From positions 3,168,001-3,232,000 of the forward strand of contig OY829846.1 in the NCBI GenBank assembly GCA_963691875.1: DNA of 64,000 bases. Direction: 5' to 3'. A model generated the notes under the pieces. The model searched no databases and was not told where the DNA came from. It worked only from the letters and a program-made list of their open reading frames with translations. Shown piece by piece: positions 39,806 through 50,634 of this stretch. Source of the DNA: Aureliella sp. (GTDB lineage: Bacteria; Planctomycetota; Planctomycetia; Pirellulales; Pirellulaceae). Position 1 is the first letter of the stretch. Every line of letters starts with the position of its first letter. Made by a program: the position numbers and the translations under genes.

Positions 39806-41590
39806 ATGAGTACCGAAGAACAAATTGCAACACCGCAGAACCACGGCGAAATCCCAAAGGCAGTGGTGCGGAATGCAGAGCAGGTTTCGGCTGGACGGCT
39901 AAGAACTCGGCTGTGGTGGCTGACGCTGCTCTGCGTTGGGCTAGCGGCAGCTTTGGTATTTTCTAGCTATCAGACGCAAGGCACCACGATTGCAATTCAC
40001 TTTGACCAAGGCCACGGTCTGAAAGCGGGCGATACATTGCGTTACCGCGGAATTGATGTCGGCGCGGTACAGTCAGTCAAGATCGCTAAGGATTTGAATG
40101 GAGTCGGCACTCGTATTTTGCTGTCGCCTGGTAATGAAGCCATCGCAGTCGAAGGCAGTCAATTCTGGATTGAGCGACCTCGCTTGCGCTTGGGGCAGAT
40201 CAGCGGCCTGGACACCGTTGTCGGTGCGAAGTACGTCGCGGTGCTTCCAGGTGATCCAGGCAATAAATCAGCTTATAACTTTGAAGGCCTCGAGAATCCT
40301 CTGACAATCGTGGATGGCGATTCGGTCGAGGTTGATGTGCGTTTTCCTGAGGGGCAAGGACTAGCTGTCGGCGATCCCGTGCGGTATCGAGGGATCTCAG
40401 TTGGTGAAGTGACTGAGGTTGCTTTGGAGTCAGATACGGAGGCCGTTCTGGTTCGTTTGCGTTTGGTTGGCGAGGCCAAGCCGTTGGCGCGCTCGGGAAC
40501 TCAATTCTGGATTGAGCGCCCTCGCCTCGACCTGACTGAGGTTCGTGGCTTAGAAACTCTGCTGGGCGGTTTGTACGTTGCGTTGCAACCAACGTCCGCA
40601 GATGGAGAGCCTAGCACTCACTTTGCTGGACTGGCAGCCGCTCCGCCGATCCCATTGCGAGACGGTGCTTTAGAAGTCGAGCTGGACGCGGCGGAACGAA
40701 TGGGCGTCAATCGAGGCGCTCCGATTACTTATCGCGGCTTGGAAGTGGGGCGCGTTTCAAGTGTTGATCTCTCAAGCGATGGAGCGACGGTGAAAATTCG
40801 CGCTATCGTCGAAGCAGAGTACGCCGAGCTCGTCCGAGAGGACTCGCGGTGGTGGGCGAACGGCGGAGTCAAGCTGGATGCAAACCTCGGAGGCGTGACC
40901 ATTGCCATGGATTCAGTAGCAGCTTGGCTACGCGGCGGAATTGCATTTGGCACACCCGAGATGCCTGGAAAACGAGTTGTCACGGGGCATCGATTTGTTT
41001 TGAACCCGGAGCCCTTAGAGGAGTGGCTAGATTGGCAGCCGCGTATCGCGGTCGCGAAGGCTGGGGAATTGGAGTTGCCGCAATGCGTTCGAGTCGTCGC
41101 GAGATGGAAGTCCATGATCGGGCTTTATCGCCACACTGCTGAGACCTGGGGAATTGTCTTGGATAACGGCTACCTCATGGTGCCAACGACATTCGCAGAT
41201 GAAGCAGAAGCCGTTGAACACAAAGTCACACTTGAAATGGCTGGAACGAGTGCGGCGTTAGAATCAAAGAACATCTTGCGGGCTCAACATCTGACTAGAA
41301 TTAGGCTTCCAGCTAAAGCCGCGGTGAAGAAATGGTCCCAAGCCAATTTCGGCATGTGGAATAGCGATAGCGTACTGTTGATTGTTAATCCTGATCTGCC
41401 AGAGCCACTGGCATTAGATGACACGCGAGTTGAACTTCGAACAGGTGTCGGACTGCGGATAGCCAGCGGTGTCCCAATTAGTGATTCTCTTTTGGGTTCA
41501 CCTGTCGTAGATGCGACTACTGGTCGGTTGATTGGCTTGCTGGTCAAGCACGATGGCGATTGGGTGGTGGCTACGGCAAGTCGGGATTGA
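39806..41590 (+). CDS. pqiB: PqiB/LetB-like MCE (MlaD) protein with three MCE domains and a C-terminal extension
   Basis: Three copies of 'GL..G..(L/V/I).YRG(I/L).VG.V' with 'FWIERPRL' or 'RWW'. Lies downstream of pqiA. Confidence 0.85.
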   Translation: MSTEEQIATPQNHGEIPKAVVRNAEQVSAGRLRTRLWWLTLLCVGLAAALVFSSYQTQGTTIAIHFDQGHGLKAGDTLRYRGIDVGAVQSVKIAKDLNGVGTRILLSPGNEAIAVEGSQFWIERPRLRLGQISGLDTVVGAKYVAVLPGDPGNKSAYNFEGLENPLTIVDGDSVEVDVRFPEGQGLAVGDPVRYRGISVGEVTEVALESDTEAVLVRLRLVGEAKPLARSGTQFWIERPRLDLTEVRGLETLLGGLYVALQPTSADGEPSTHFAGLAAAPPIPLRDGALEVELDAAERMGVNRGAPITYRGLEVGRVSSVDLSSDGATVKIRAIVEAEYAELVREDSRWWANGGVKLDANLGGVTIAMDSVAAWLRGGIAFGTPEMPGKRVVTGHRFVLNPEPLEEWLDWQPRIAVAKAGELELPQCVRVVARWKSMIGLYRHTAETWGIVLDNGYLMVPTTFADEAEAVEHKVTLEMAGTSAALESKNILRAQHLTRIRLPAKAAVKKWSQANFGMWNSDSVLLIVNPDLPEPLALDDTRVELRTGVGLRIASGVPISDSLLGSPVVDATTGRLIGLLVKHDGDWVVATASRD

Positions 41591-41749
41591 AGCGGCGCGG
41601 GGGCAGACGACATCGCAGGACCAGCTGCTCAGCTCAGCGAGGTACCTGCCGCAGCCAGAGAAAATGTGTTAGAACATGGTCCGCAAAGTGGCTAGTGAAC
41701 CACGATTCTTTGATGATCAAGCTATTACCCCCAGTGGCAGGAGTACTCG

Positions 41750-42943
41750 ATGACAAACGGGCCGTTAAATCGCAAGTTGAAAATGGGCTTGGTCGGCGGT
41801 GGGCAAGGCTCGTTTATCGGAAAAGTACACTCCATTGCGGCTTGCTTGGACAATCGAGCCGAAGTAGTCGCTGGAGCTTTCTCCAGCAATCCTGAACGCA
41901 GCAAAGCGAGTGCTGGTGACTACGACGTTTCCGAAGATCGAGCCTACGGCTCTTACCTAGAGATGTTTGAGAAAGAAGCCGCCAAACCCGAGGGCGAGCG
42001 AATCGACTTCATCAGCATCACGACGCCCAACCACGTTCACTTCGAAGTGGCCAAAGCCGCCATCGAAGCAGGGCTGAACGTAGTTTGCGACAAGCCAATG
42101 ACCTTCGATTTAGCTCAGGCGGAAGAGCTAGCAAACCTGGTTGACAACTCAGACGTCGTGTTTGCTTTGACTCATAATTACACCGGTTACCCGTTGGTTC
42201 GCCAAGCTCGCGAGATGATCCAGAATGGCGAGCTCGGCGAGATCCAAGCAATTCGCAGCAACTACATTCAAGGCTGGCTGCGAACTCGACTAGAGTCATC
42301 CGACCAGAAACAAGCGGCTTGGCGGACAGACCCAACCAAGAGTGGTGCAGCGGGTTGTTTTGGCGACATCGCTACTCATGCTTACAACCTAGGACGCTAC
42401 ATGACAGGCTTGTTGCCGGAGTCCATCTCCTGTCACTTGCGTACTTTTGAAGAGGGGCGTGCGCTAGACGACTACGGTACGGCGATTATCAAGTACCAGA
42501 ATGGCGGATTGGGTACGGTCACCGCTTCACAGATCTCTCATGGTCGTGAAAACGATGTGTTCATCGAGATTGACGGTACCAAGGGTGCTCTGCAATGGCG
42601 TCAAGAAGAGCCGAACGCGATGATCGTTCGTTGCAATGGTGAGCCGCATAAGATTTACACGCGAGATCCCAATGCTCCGTTTATGAATGGCTCCGGTCAA
42701 GCGGCTTGTCGTTTGCCGAGCGGCCACCCGGAGGCATTCTTTGAAGCCTTCGCAAATATCTACGGCGCGGCCTTTGATGCGATAATCGCCAAAACGCAGG
42801 GCGAGTCCGTTGAGCGAAAGGACACGGTGTATCCAAACGTTCATGATGGCGTCGAAGGGATGTTGTTCATCCAGCAGTGCGTGGAGTCGAGCAAGCAGGA
42901 TGGTGCTTGGTTGGATTTCAAGTGCGATCGCGCCCGAGTTTAG
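41750..42943 (+). CDS. Gfo/Idh/MocA family oxidoreductase
   Basis: '[12 protein letters not shown]', 'ITTPNHVH', 'CDKPMT', 'GDIATH', 'PSGHPEAF'. Confidence 0.92.
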   Translation: MTNGPLNRKLKMGLVGGGQGSFIGKVHSIAACLDNRAEVVAGAFSSNPERSKASAGDYDVSEDRAYGSYLEMFEKEAAKPEGERIDFISITTPNHVHFEVAKAAIEAGLNVVCDKPMTFDLAQAEELANLVDNSDVVFALTHNYTGYPLVRQAREMIQNGELGEIQAIRSNYIQGWLRTRLESSDQKQAAWRTDPTKSGAAGCFGDIATHAYNLGRYMTGLLPESISCHLRTFEEGRALDDYGTAIIKYQNGGLGTVTASQISHGRENDVFIEIDGTKGALQWRQEEPNAMIVRCNGEPHKIYTRDPNAPFMNGSGQAACRLPSGHPEAFFEAFANIYGAAFDAIIAKTQGESVERKDTVYPNVHDGVEGMLFIQQCVESSKQDGAWLDFKCDRARV

Positions 42944-43027
42944 ACGCAGGCGTTGGCCGTAACGCTGTTGCGGCATTGAACCAAGGCAAAATGGTGCCTG
43001 GGGCTGATCGTAAAACAAACAATCCGC

Positions 43028-43870
43028 GTGGCCGAGGAAATGGCGCAATATAATCGGGTGGTGATCGCTGGCGTTGGTCTCCTCGGAGGATCCATAGGCC
43101 TTGCTCTCAGGCGTCGCAGACTAGCGGAACAAATCGTTGGCTGGGGTCGCAAAGAAAGTCTCCAGCGTCCGGCGACCATGGCTTGCGTTGATGAAACCAA
43201 CGCCGATCTTCCTACTGCCTGCCAAGGGGCAGATTTCATCGTCATCTGCACGCCGGTAACCATGATTGCCGAGCTGGTTCAGCAGTGTGCCGCCGCCGCT
43301 TCCGCTTCGGCCAAAATCACCGACGTGGGGAGTACGAAGCTCCGAATTGCCGAACAATTGCAGTCGGTCACCAACTTTTGTGGTTCGCATCCCTTGGCTG
43401 GCGGGGAGAAGAGTGGAGCGGATTTTGCAGACTCAGACCTTTTCCTAAATCGCAGCTGCGTAGTGACTCCAGGCGAGTCAACCAGCGAAGAACTTGCGCT
43501 ATCCGTCGAACAATTTTGGGCTCAGCTGGGGGCAAAGACTCTTCGCCTGCCCGCTGCAGAGCACGATGCCGCCCTTGCAAGAACCAGTCACCTTCCCCAT
43601 ATCGTGGCCTCATGTTTGGCCGGAACTACGCCGGAATCTTTATTACCCCTAGCGGCAACGGGCTGGTCCGATACAACACGGGTAGCAGCGGGAGGTGTCG
43701 AGCTCTGGTTGCAAATCATTCAGGAAAACCGACTCCCGATTTTGGATGCCCTTCGCGGTTTTGGGCAATCCGTTCAGCATTGGATTGAGGCCGTAGAGCA
43801 AGATGACTCTGCGAAACTCGAAGAATTACTAAGCACAGGAAAACGCATTCGTGACTCTCTGGGAAATTGA
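43028..43870 (+). CDS. tyrA: Prephenate/arogenate dehydrogenase
   Basis: 'GVGLLGGS', 'TDVGSTK', 'GSHPLAGGEKSG', 'HDAALARTSHLPH', 'DTTRVA'. Confidence 0.92.
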   Translation: MAEEMAQYNRVVIAGVGLLGGSIGLALRRRRLAEQIVGWGRKESLQRPATMACVDETNADLPTACQGADFIVICTPVTMIAELVQQCAAAASASAKITDVGSTKLRIAEQLQSVTNFCGSHPLAGGEKSGADFADSDLFLNRSCVVTPGESTSEELALSVEQFWAQLGAKTLRLPAAEHDAALARTSHLPHIVASCLAGTTPESLLPLAATGWSDTTRVAAGGVELWLQIIQENRLPILDALRGFGQSVQHWIEAVEQDDSAKLEELLSTGKRIRDSLGN

Positions 43871-46742
43871 TATCCGTCCCGCCGATGGCCAATCAGATGT
43901 CGCTGGCGCTGGTCTTTCTGCCGAAGCTCGTGACCTCGGACTTGACGCCAATCTGAGCATCACGGCTGCTCACGGGTTTCTACTTCAAGGCGATCTTTCT
44001 GCCGAGCAGGCCCAACTCGCCGCAGACCGACTCTTGGCAGATCCGATCACCGAATCCACAACCGTGGCGAAAGTCGGTGAGCAAGAAGCTTCTTCGGAAG
44101 GCCACCTCGTTCATGTATTGCCGAAGCCTGGAGTGATGGATCCGGTTGCGATGAGCACGCTTCAGGCTCTGAAGGACATGAGTCTGCCAGTCGAGCAAGT
44201 CACAACGTTTCGCAAGTATCGGCTTTCGAATCTAGAAGTTGACGCAATGGAGCGAGTTTGCAGCAAGTTATTGTTCAACGACTCGATCGAGCGCGTCATC
44301 AGCGGGCCATTGAATCTGGAGCGTCTAGATGTCGGCGCAGACTACGACTTCGAGCTACTGACTGTTGAGATTCGTGAGCTCGACGACGAGCAGCTGATGA
44401 AGCTCAGCAAAGAAGGTCAGCTATACCTCTCTTTAGCAGAGATGCAGACGATCCAAAAGCATTTTCAGGAAGCGGGGCGGGAACCGACCGACATAGAGCT
44501 TGAGACGATTGCGCAGACGTGGAGCGAGCACTGCAGCCACAAGACCTTGGCTGGCCGGATCTCCTACAGCGATGAAAACGGCTCGCGACACTTTGAGAAC
44601 ATGCTCAAGGAGACGATCTTCGAGGCAACGCAGAAGATTCGTGCTGATCTGGGCGACAAAGACTGGTGCGTCAAGGTATTCTCGGACAACGCTGGGATCG
44701 TCACTTTTGATGACGAATACCACATTGTTTTTAAAGTGGAAACACACAATCACCCAAGTGCTATCGAGCCTTACGGTGGAGCCAACACTGGCATTGGTGG
44801 TGTCATTCGTGATCCCTTGGGGACGGGACTGGGTGCGAAACCCTTTTGCAACACAGATATTTTCTGTTTCGCACCCCCAGATACTGATCCCGAAAGCCTG
44901 CCGCCTGGCGTATTGCATCCTCGTCGAGTCATCAAAGGCGTCGTTTCAGGCGTTCGCGACTATGGTAATCGTATGGGGATTCCAACGGTCAATGGCGCCG
45001 TTTACTTCGACCCCCGGTATCTCGGCAATCCGCTTGTTTACTGCGGTAACGCCGGGCTGCTGCCTGTCGACAAAGTGGAGAAGGCTCCGCAGGCAGGTGA
45101 TTGGATTGTGGCCATCGGCGGTCGTACCGGCCGAGACGGCATTCACGGTGCAACATTCAGCTCTGCCGAACTAACGAGTGAAAGCGAGAGCATCTCAGGC
45201 GGCGCCGTCCAGATTGGCAACGCGGTCACCGAGAAGATGGTTCTGGACGTGCTGCTGCAGGCACGCGACGAAGATCTTTACTCGGCGGTAACCGACTGTG
45301 GAGCCGGAGGGTTTAGTAGCGCGGTTGGCGAGATGGGCGAGACGATCGGCGCCGAAGTCTGGCTCGAACGAGCTCCGCTGAAGTACGAAGGCCTGAGCTA
45401 CACCGAGATCTGGATCAGCGAAGCTCAGGAAAGAATGGTGTTCGCTGTTCCTCCAGCCAAGCTCGGACGGATGAGGGAGATTTGCGAGGCAGAAGGTGTC
45501 GAAGCCAGTGTGATCGGACAGTTCACTCCGACGGGCTTGCTGCGCCTAATGTACAACGGCCAGGAAGTTGGCGTGCTTTCGATGGAGTTCATGCACGACG
45601 GCCGGCCTCCAGTGATCCGTGAAGCAAGTTATGCCCCGCCAGAAGTGACTCAGACGGAAGTGCCTGCTCTGAATGCCTCCGAGGCAGATTCAGCACTCAA
45701 GAAGATTCTCGGTTCGCTGAATGTGGCCAGCAAGCATTGGATCATTCGCCAGTACGATCACGAGGTCCAAGGTGGAAGTGTTATCAAACCACTCTGCGGT
45801 CCTGAAACAAGTGGTCCAAGCGATGCTGCTGTGGTGCGACCGCGACTAGACAGTCGCCTAGGAGTCGTGATCAGCTGTGGAATGAACCCTTATTACGGTG
45901 ACTACGATCCGTATCACATGGCCGCCAGTGCGATTGACGAAGCGGTTCGTAATTGTGTGGCTGTTGGAGCCGATCCCAACAAGATCGCAATTCTGGATAA
46001 CTTCTGTTGGGGCAACACGGATCATCCTGAGACGCTCGGCTCTTTGGTGCGTGCTGCCTTGGCTTGTTACGATGTCGCCGTGGCTTGGAAGACGCCGTTT
46101 ATCAGCGGCAAAGACAGCCTGAACAACGAGTTCACCTGGATGGATGAAAGTGGCGAGAAGCAAAAGATTGTCATTCCGCCTTCTCTTTTGATTTCCGCCA
46201 TGGGTCAAGTGGCTGATGTCGCAAGTTGCGTGACAATGGACTTCAAGTCCTCTGGAAACTCGATTTACCTTGTCGGCGACACCAAGTGCGAGTTCGGTGG
46301 TTCTCACCTGTATCAAGCACTTGAACTCACCGGCGGTTCAGTCCCACAGGTTGATGTTGTCGCGGCGAAGAAGAATTTCGATTTCGTTCATGCGGCGATT
46401 GGCGCGGGTACGCTCCGAGCTTGTCATGACTTGAGCGAAGGCGGGCTGGCCACGGCGCTAGCCGAGATGGCATTCGCGGGGCATCTTGGCGCGGAGGTCA
46501 CGCTGCCGGATGGTTGTGCGACCAAGTTGTTATTCGCCGAGAGCAACAGTCGCTTTTTGGTCGAAGTGGCCGCCGACAAGCAAGCGGAGTTCGAATCGCT
46601 GATCGGCGATGCACCAGTTGTTAAGCTCGGTGAAGTCAACGCTGGACAAGAAATCAGAGTTCGCCAAGGCGACGGTGAAGTGCTTCGCAGCGACTGGCAA
46701 GAGTTGTTTCAGGCTTGGCATTCTCCGTTAGACTGGAGTTAG
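43851..46742 (+). CDS. purL: Phosphoribosylformylglycinamidine synthase subunit PurL with N-terminal PurS-like domains
   Basis: 'QTWSEHCSHK', 'KVETHNHPSAIEPYGGA', 'DCGAGG', 'ISEAQERM', 'QYDHEV', 'HDLSEGG'. N-terminal 'KPGVMDP'. Confidence 0.95.
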   Translation: MTLWEIDIRPADGQSDVAGAGLSAEARDLGLDANLSITAAHGFLLQGDLSAEQAQLAADRLLADPITESTTVAKVGEQEASSEGHLVHVLPKPGVMDPVAMSTLQALKDMSLPVEQVTTFRKYRLSNLEVDAMERVCSKLLFNDSIERVISGPLNLERLDVGADYDFELLTVEIRELDDEQLMKLSKEGQLYLSLAEMQTIQKHFQEAGREPTDIELETIAQTWSEHCSHKTLAGRISYSDENGSRHFENMLKETIFEATQKIRADLGDKDWCVKVFSDNAGIVTFDDEYHIVFKVETHNHPSAIEPYGGANTGIGGVIRDPLGTGLGAKPFCNTDIFCFAPPDTDPESLPPGVLHPRRVIKGVVSGVRDYGNRMGIPTVNGAVYFDPRYLGNPLVYCGNAGLLPVDKVEKAPQAGDWIVAIGGRTGRDGIHGATFSSAELTSESESISGGAVQIGNAVTEKMVLDVLLQARDEDLYSAVTDCGAGGFSSAVGEMGETIGAEVWLERAPLKYEGLSYTEIWISEAQERMVFAVPPAKLGRMREICEAEGVEASVIGQFTPTGLLRLMYNGQEVGVLSMEFMHDGRPPVIREASYAPPEVTQTEVPALNASEADSALKKILGSLNVASKHWIIRQYDHEVQGGSVIKPLCGPETSGPSDAAVVRPRLDSRLGVVISCGMNPYYGDYDPYHMAASAIDEAVRNCVAVGADPNKIAILDNFCWGNTDHPETLGSLVRAALACYDVAVAWKTPFISGKDSLNNEFTWMDESGEKQKIVIPPSLLISAMGQVADVASCVTMDFKSSGNSIYLVGDTKCEFGGSHLYQALELTGGSVPQVDVVAAKKNFDFVHAAIGAGTLRACHDLSEGGLATALAEMAFAGHLGAEVTLPDGCATKLLFAESNSRFLVEVAADKQAEFESLIGDAPVVKLGEVNAGQEIRVRQGDGEVLRSDWQELFQAWHSPLDWS

Positions 46743-46918
46743 CCGGGCCGATACCGCCACATATCTCCGACACAGCGACTCTACCTCTGGGAAAGTCGCG
46801 AGGGAAAGGAGCGGAGCGGGACCTTACCGTCGATTGGGCTCCGCCCCTCACCGAATATCCTCGTATGACTCGGAAAAAGGGAGGGTGACAACAGGATTCG
46901 ATTTCAGAGAGGGAGCTC

Positions 46919-48679
46919 GTGTCGGCCAAGAAACGCAAAAGCAAACCGAGCGGGGCAAGCAACCGCGAAACCGCGAAAGCTAAGGCTTCTAACGGCAGCG
47001 GGGCGAAGCAGGCGGTTTGGCCTGCCTATGTCAGTGCCCTGCTTCTCTGGCTGAGCTTTGCTCCCGCGCAGTTTAGCTTTCTGGCCTGGATCGCACCCAT
47101 CGGCTGGCTCAGTTTCATCGGCCGTGAAAAACTGGGTCGACGCGAATACTTGCATCTGTGGCTCAGCGGCAGCTTATTCTGGCTAGGGACGCTCGAAGGA
47201 ATACGCCTCGCCTACTGGCCCTTGTATCTCGGCTGGGTCGCTCTTTCCCTTTATCTAGCCGTCTACGTTCCACTTTTTGTCGGACTGACGCGTGGGCTTG
47301 TGAAAAGGAAAGTTCCGCTAGCTCTGGCTGGTCCGTTGATTTGGGTTGGCTTGGAGTTCGTCCGTAGTTACATGATAACGGGCTTCTGCGCTAACATGCT
47401 GGCACACACGCAGGTACCACATCCGTGGGTAATTCAAATTGCCGATCAATTCGGTGCCTACGGAATTAGTTTCGTTGTGATGAGCGTTGCAGTCGGCACC
47501 TTTGAAGCTTCTCAGTTTCGTAGGTCGCTGCCAGCTCCGAGTGAGCCAGAAACGTCTTCACCCAACGGATCAGGTAGGCTGGCCTTATTGCTACCTGGAA
47601 TCCTGCTCGGCGGCACTTTAGCGTATGGCCAATACAAGGTCAGTGAAGGCGATGCCTTGGCTGCCGAGCGAGAGCCGCTTCTGCGAGTTCTCTTGGTGCA
47701 AGAGAACACTCCGACCATGTTCGATGTGACGGAAGAGACCGTCATGTCCAGTTGGCTCAACTACTTGGATGCAACTCGTCGCGAGGCATCCAAACACGGT
47801 GGAGCAGACTTGGTCGTTTGGCCCGAGTCGACTTTTACCGCGGGCGTGCCATGGGTGGAACCGGAATTGCCCGATAAGCTACCGTCCGCCGATGGCTCCC
47901 CAATGGAGCGGGCAGGGGCAGTAACCTTCATTGACAAGACGATGCGTGAAATTGCGTTTCGCTTTTCCCAGGTCGGTGAAGCGGGCGCTGGCGTTGATCT
48001 AGGAACGAATGCCGAAGCGAAAAAATCGCATTTGCTGCTTGGGTGTGACTCACTGCGAATTGAGCCAGATCGTATCCATCGCTTCAACTCGGCGCTTTGC
48101 GTCAACTCCTTCGGAGAATTGATCGGCAAATACGACAAAGTGCATCGTGTGATGTTTGGCGAGTATTTTCCGCTAGGGTCTTTGCTTCAATTCTTACGAG
48201 AAATGTTTTCGACGATTGACGCGGGGAACGCACCGAAGTCCTTTGACGTCGAAGGTGTCCTGGTGTCGCCCAACATTTGTTTTGAATCAATGATGCCACG
48301 AGTCATCCAGCGGCAGGTGGCTCAACTTGCTGATAACAATGCAGCACCGGACCTGCTGGTGAATCTTTCCAATGACAGTTGGTTTCATGGTTCGGCAATG
48401 CTCGACCATCATCTCGCTTGTTCGATTCTGGTTGCGGTTGAGAACCGCCGGCCCCTCGTGGCGGCTGCGAACAGTGGAATTTCTGCCGAGATTGACGGCT
48501 GCGGCCGCGTTGTGCAGAGGACTGAAAAGTATGCAGTGACTGGGTTGCTGGCCGAACCGAAAGCAGATGGTCGAGGCGGCTTGGTTCAGAGCCTGGGGTA
48601 TCCGCTGGGCTGGGCTGGCCTTCTGGCTGTGCTGATTGCCTCAGTGTTGATTTGGTCCGCTAGGAAGAACAAAACCTAA
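46919..48679 (+). CDS. lnt: Apolipoprotein N-acyltransferase
   Basis: Multi-TM N-terminus and nitrilase triad 'WPES', 'YDKVHRVMFGEY', 'ICFES'; also 'SNDSWF' and 'ENRR..AANSGIS'. Confidence 0.93.
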   Translation: MSAKKRKSKPSGASNRETAKAKASNGSGAKQAVWPAYVSALLLWLSFAPAQFSFLAWIAPIGWLSFIGREKLGRREYLHLWLSGSLFWLGTLEGIRLAYWPLYLGWVALSLYLAVYVPLFVGLTRGLVKRKVPLALAGPLIWVGLEFVRSYMITGFCANMLAHTQVPHPWVIQIADQFGAYGISFVVMSVAVGTFEASQFRRSLPAPSEPETSSPNGSGRLALLLPGILLGGTLAYGQYKVSEGDALAAEREPLLRVLLVQENTPTMFDVTEETVMSSWLNYLDATRREASKHGGADLVVWPESTFTAGVPWVEPELPDKLPSADGSPMERAGAVTFIDKTMREIAFRFSQVGEAGAGVDLGTNAEAKKSHLLLGCDSLRIEPDRIHRFNSALCVNSFGELIGKYDKVHRVMFGEYFPLGSLLQFLREMFSTIDAGNAPKSFDVEGVLVSPNICFESMMPRVIQRQVAQLADNNAAPDLLVNLSNDSWFHGSAMLDHHLACSILVAVENRRPLVAAANSGISAEIDGCGRVVQRTEKYAVTGLLAEPKADGRGGLVQSLGYPLGWAGLLAVLIASVLIWSARKNKT

Positions 48680-48823
48680 GCCCCGCCTGAGAACGGTTAT
48701 TTATGGGGGTGCGTATTTCGGTGTTCAGGAAGTGTCGCTGGGTAGGTTTATACCGATTTCGAAGGAAAATCAGGTCTTCGGCTGATGAGTCGAACAGATC
48801 GTTGGAATGATGTTCCTTAAAAT

Positions 48824-48852
48824 TTGACGGTCCGAACATGCGTAAATAGACT
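48824..48852 (+). promoter_or_regulatory. Putative sigma-70 promoter
   Basis: TTGACG-17 nt-TAGACT, ~80 nt upstream of ATG 48931. Confidence 0.45.
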
Positions 48853-48930
48853 ACTTCTGTATCCAGCCAGCCCGAATCGTAAGCGGCGGTACTCAACCTC
48901 GGATCAACCCCTCTTTTCTCGGATCCTAAC

Positions 48931-50418
48931 ATGGCAGTTCGCGACAGGAATCTATTTGCTTGGCAGGCGTACGTTATCACGATGTCTTTCGTGTCAGTCG
49001 GCCTTCTTGTCCTGACCTTCCTCCTCTGGAGCAAGAACAGCGCGGTCAGCAAGATCAACGAAGATCGGCAGACTCAGCTTACAGATGCTGGCAACAAATT
49101 CGCTTTAGAGGAGCAGCGTACAAGGCGCTTGCTGGCGATGATGGGTAACGATTACTTACCTGGCACAATGATAACCCCTCAAGAGCTTGAGAATATGGAG
49201 CAACAATTCAAGGATGACGAAAAGCTCGCGCAAGTTGAAAAAGACTACAAAGAAGCAATGGCTCTCTTTCCCCCTGGAACGAAACCGGAGGACCGGACTT
49301 TAATTCAGTTGCCAGAAACGCTCGTTGACGGCATCCGGCGCGTGAATGAAGACTTAGTTACTGCCAGAGGCGAGAGTGCTGCTCTTCAAGCAAAATTGGC
49401 TGCAGTGACAAAGACTGAGACTGAGGCTCGCCAAGCCGCCGTGGCGGCCAAGCTGAAGGCGGAGCAAGATCTGCAGGCAGCTCGCCAATCGCACACGACT
49501 GACCGCAACCGCTTGAACCAAGAGAAAGAAGCTGCGATCAAGAGCTTCAATGACTACCGTGGCACGGTCGAGCAAGAGAAGAAGGCTTTGCGAGACAACA
49601 TCACCTCGCTCACAAGCGCGAACGCTCGGCAGAAAGTAACGATCGACTCGCTCGCTGAGAAGATTCGTGAATACGAAAACATCAATTTCGAATCACCTCA
49701 GGGCAAGATCGTCAAAGTTCTCGACGGCGGACGCACCATCTGGATCAATCTTGGCAGAGCTGACGGGCTACAGCCTGGCGTTCCATTTGCCATCATCGAC
49801 GAATCCTCTGTACGAGCGGCCGAAGCAGAGCCGAAGGCAATGTGCCAGGTCACGCGAATCGTTAGTGAAGGACTGTGTGTTGCAGAACTGACTGTACCAA
49901 GCGACTACAGCAATCCTGTTGTCACCGGCGATATGGTTTATTCGCTTGCTTGGCGTGCTGGAATCAAACGTAAATTCGCTCTGGTTGGCATGATGGACGT
50001 CAACGGCGACCGTCGCGATGACGTCGAGCAGGTGAAGCAATTGATTCTCCGAAGTGGCGGCGAAATCGACGCTCATATGGACACCAACGGCACGGTCAAC
50101 GGCCCTGGCATTAGCCACAACACCACCATCCTTGTCCTCGGGACCGATACCGTATTCAACGCGAACGCTGGTAGTGAACTAACTCAGCAAAAGGCGAAGC
50201 AGGCGATGTATGCCAAATTCATTACCAAGGCACGGCAGTACAGCATGATGGAAATCTCACTCGACAAGCTGTTAGGTTACCTCCAAAACCAAGAGGGTGA
50301 TCGAACAATTCCGCTTGGCAACCGAATCAGTGCGGATAGCTTCCCGATCAAGGAAGAGCAGAATCCACCTGTTAGCAATGGCCCGGTCAGTGAGCTGTTC
50401 ACACCTCGCAAGCCTTAG
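48931..50418 (+). CDS. Membrane-anchored coiled-coil protein with a beta-barrel domain and a C-terminal BRCT-like domain
   Basis: N-terminal TM, long heptad region, 'IWINLGRADGLQPG' and 'VKQLILRSGGEID...TTILVLG'. Confidence 0.7.
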   Translation: MAVRDRNLFAWQAYVITMSFVSVGLLVLTFLLWSKNSAVSKINEDRQTQLTDAGNKFALEEQRTRRLLAMMGNDYLPGTMITPQELENMEQQFKDDEKLAQVEKDYKEAMALFPPGTKPEDRTLIQLPETLVDGIRRVNEDLVTARGESAALQAKLAAVTKTETEARQAAVAAKLKAEQDLQAARQSHTTDRNRLNQEKEAAIKSFNDYRGTVEQEKKALRDNITSLTSANARQKVTIDSLAEKIREYENINFESPQGKIVKVLDGGRTIWINLGRADGLQPGVPFAIIDESSVRAAEAEPKAMCQVTRIVSEGLCVAELTVPSDYSNPVVTGDMVYSLAWRAGIKRKFALVGMMDVNGDRRDDVEQVKQLILRSGGEIDAHMDTNGTVNGPGISHNTTILVLGTDTVFNANAGSELTQQKAKQAMYAKFITKARQYSMMEISLDKLLGYLQNQEGDRTIPLGNRISADSFPIKEEQNPPVSNGPVSELFTPRKP

Positions 50419-50634
50419 CAGACCGCAACAATTCTCTTCTGAGGCAACCCCGAACGCTAGCTTCGGGTTTCCACAGCAATCCAGACTGATCGCTAGGATT
50501 GGCCCGCGGCGGGAGAAAATAGGGCTAAAATAATTCATGCGTTAAAAACGCGTGTTTGACTTTGCCAAAGCACCAATTAGACTAAAGCGGATCCGGTCTG
50601 ACTTACCTAAACTAATTCTTTGAGCGAAATCGAC

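Noticed and set aside
46745..46890. Purine-rich/pyrimidine-rich palindromic remnant between purL and lnt
   Set aside because: Too degenerate to define arms or find a second copy in the window.
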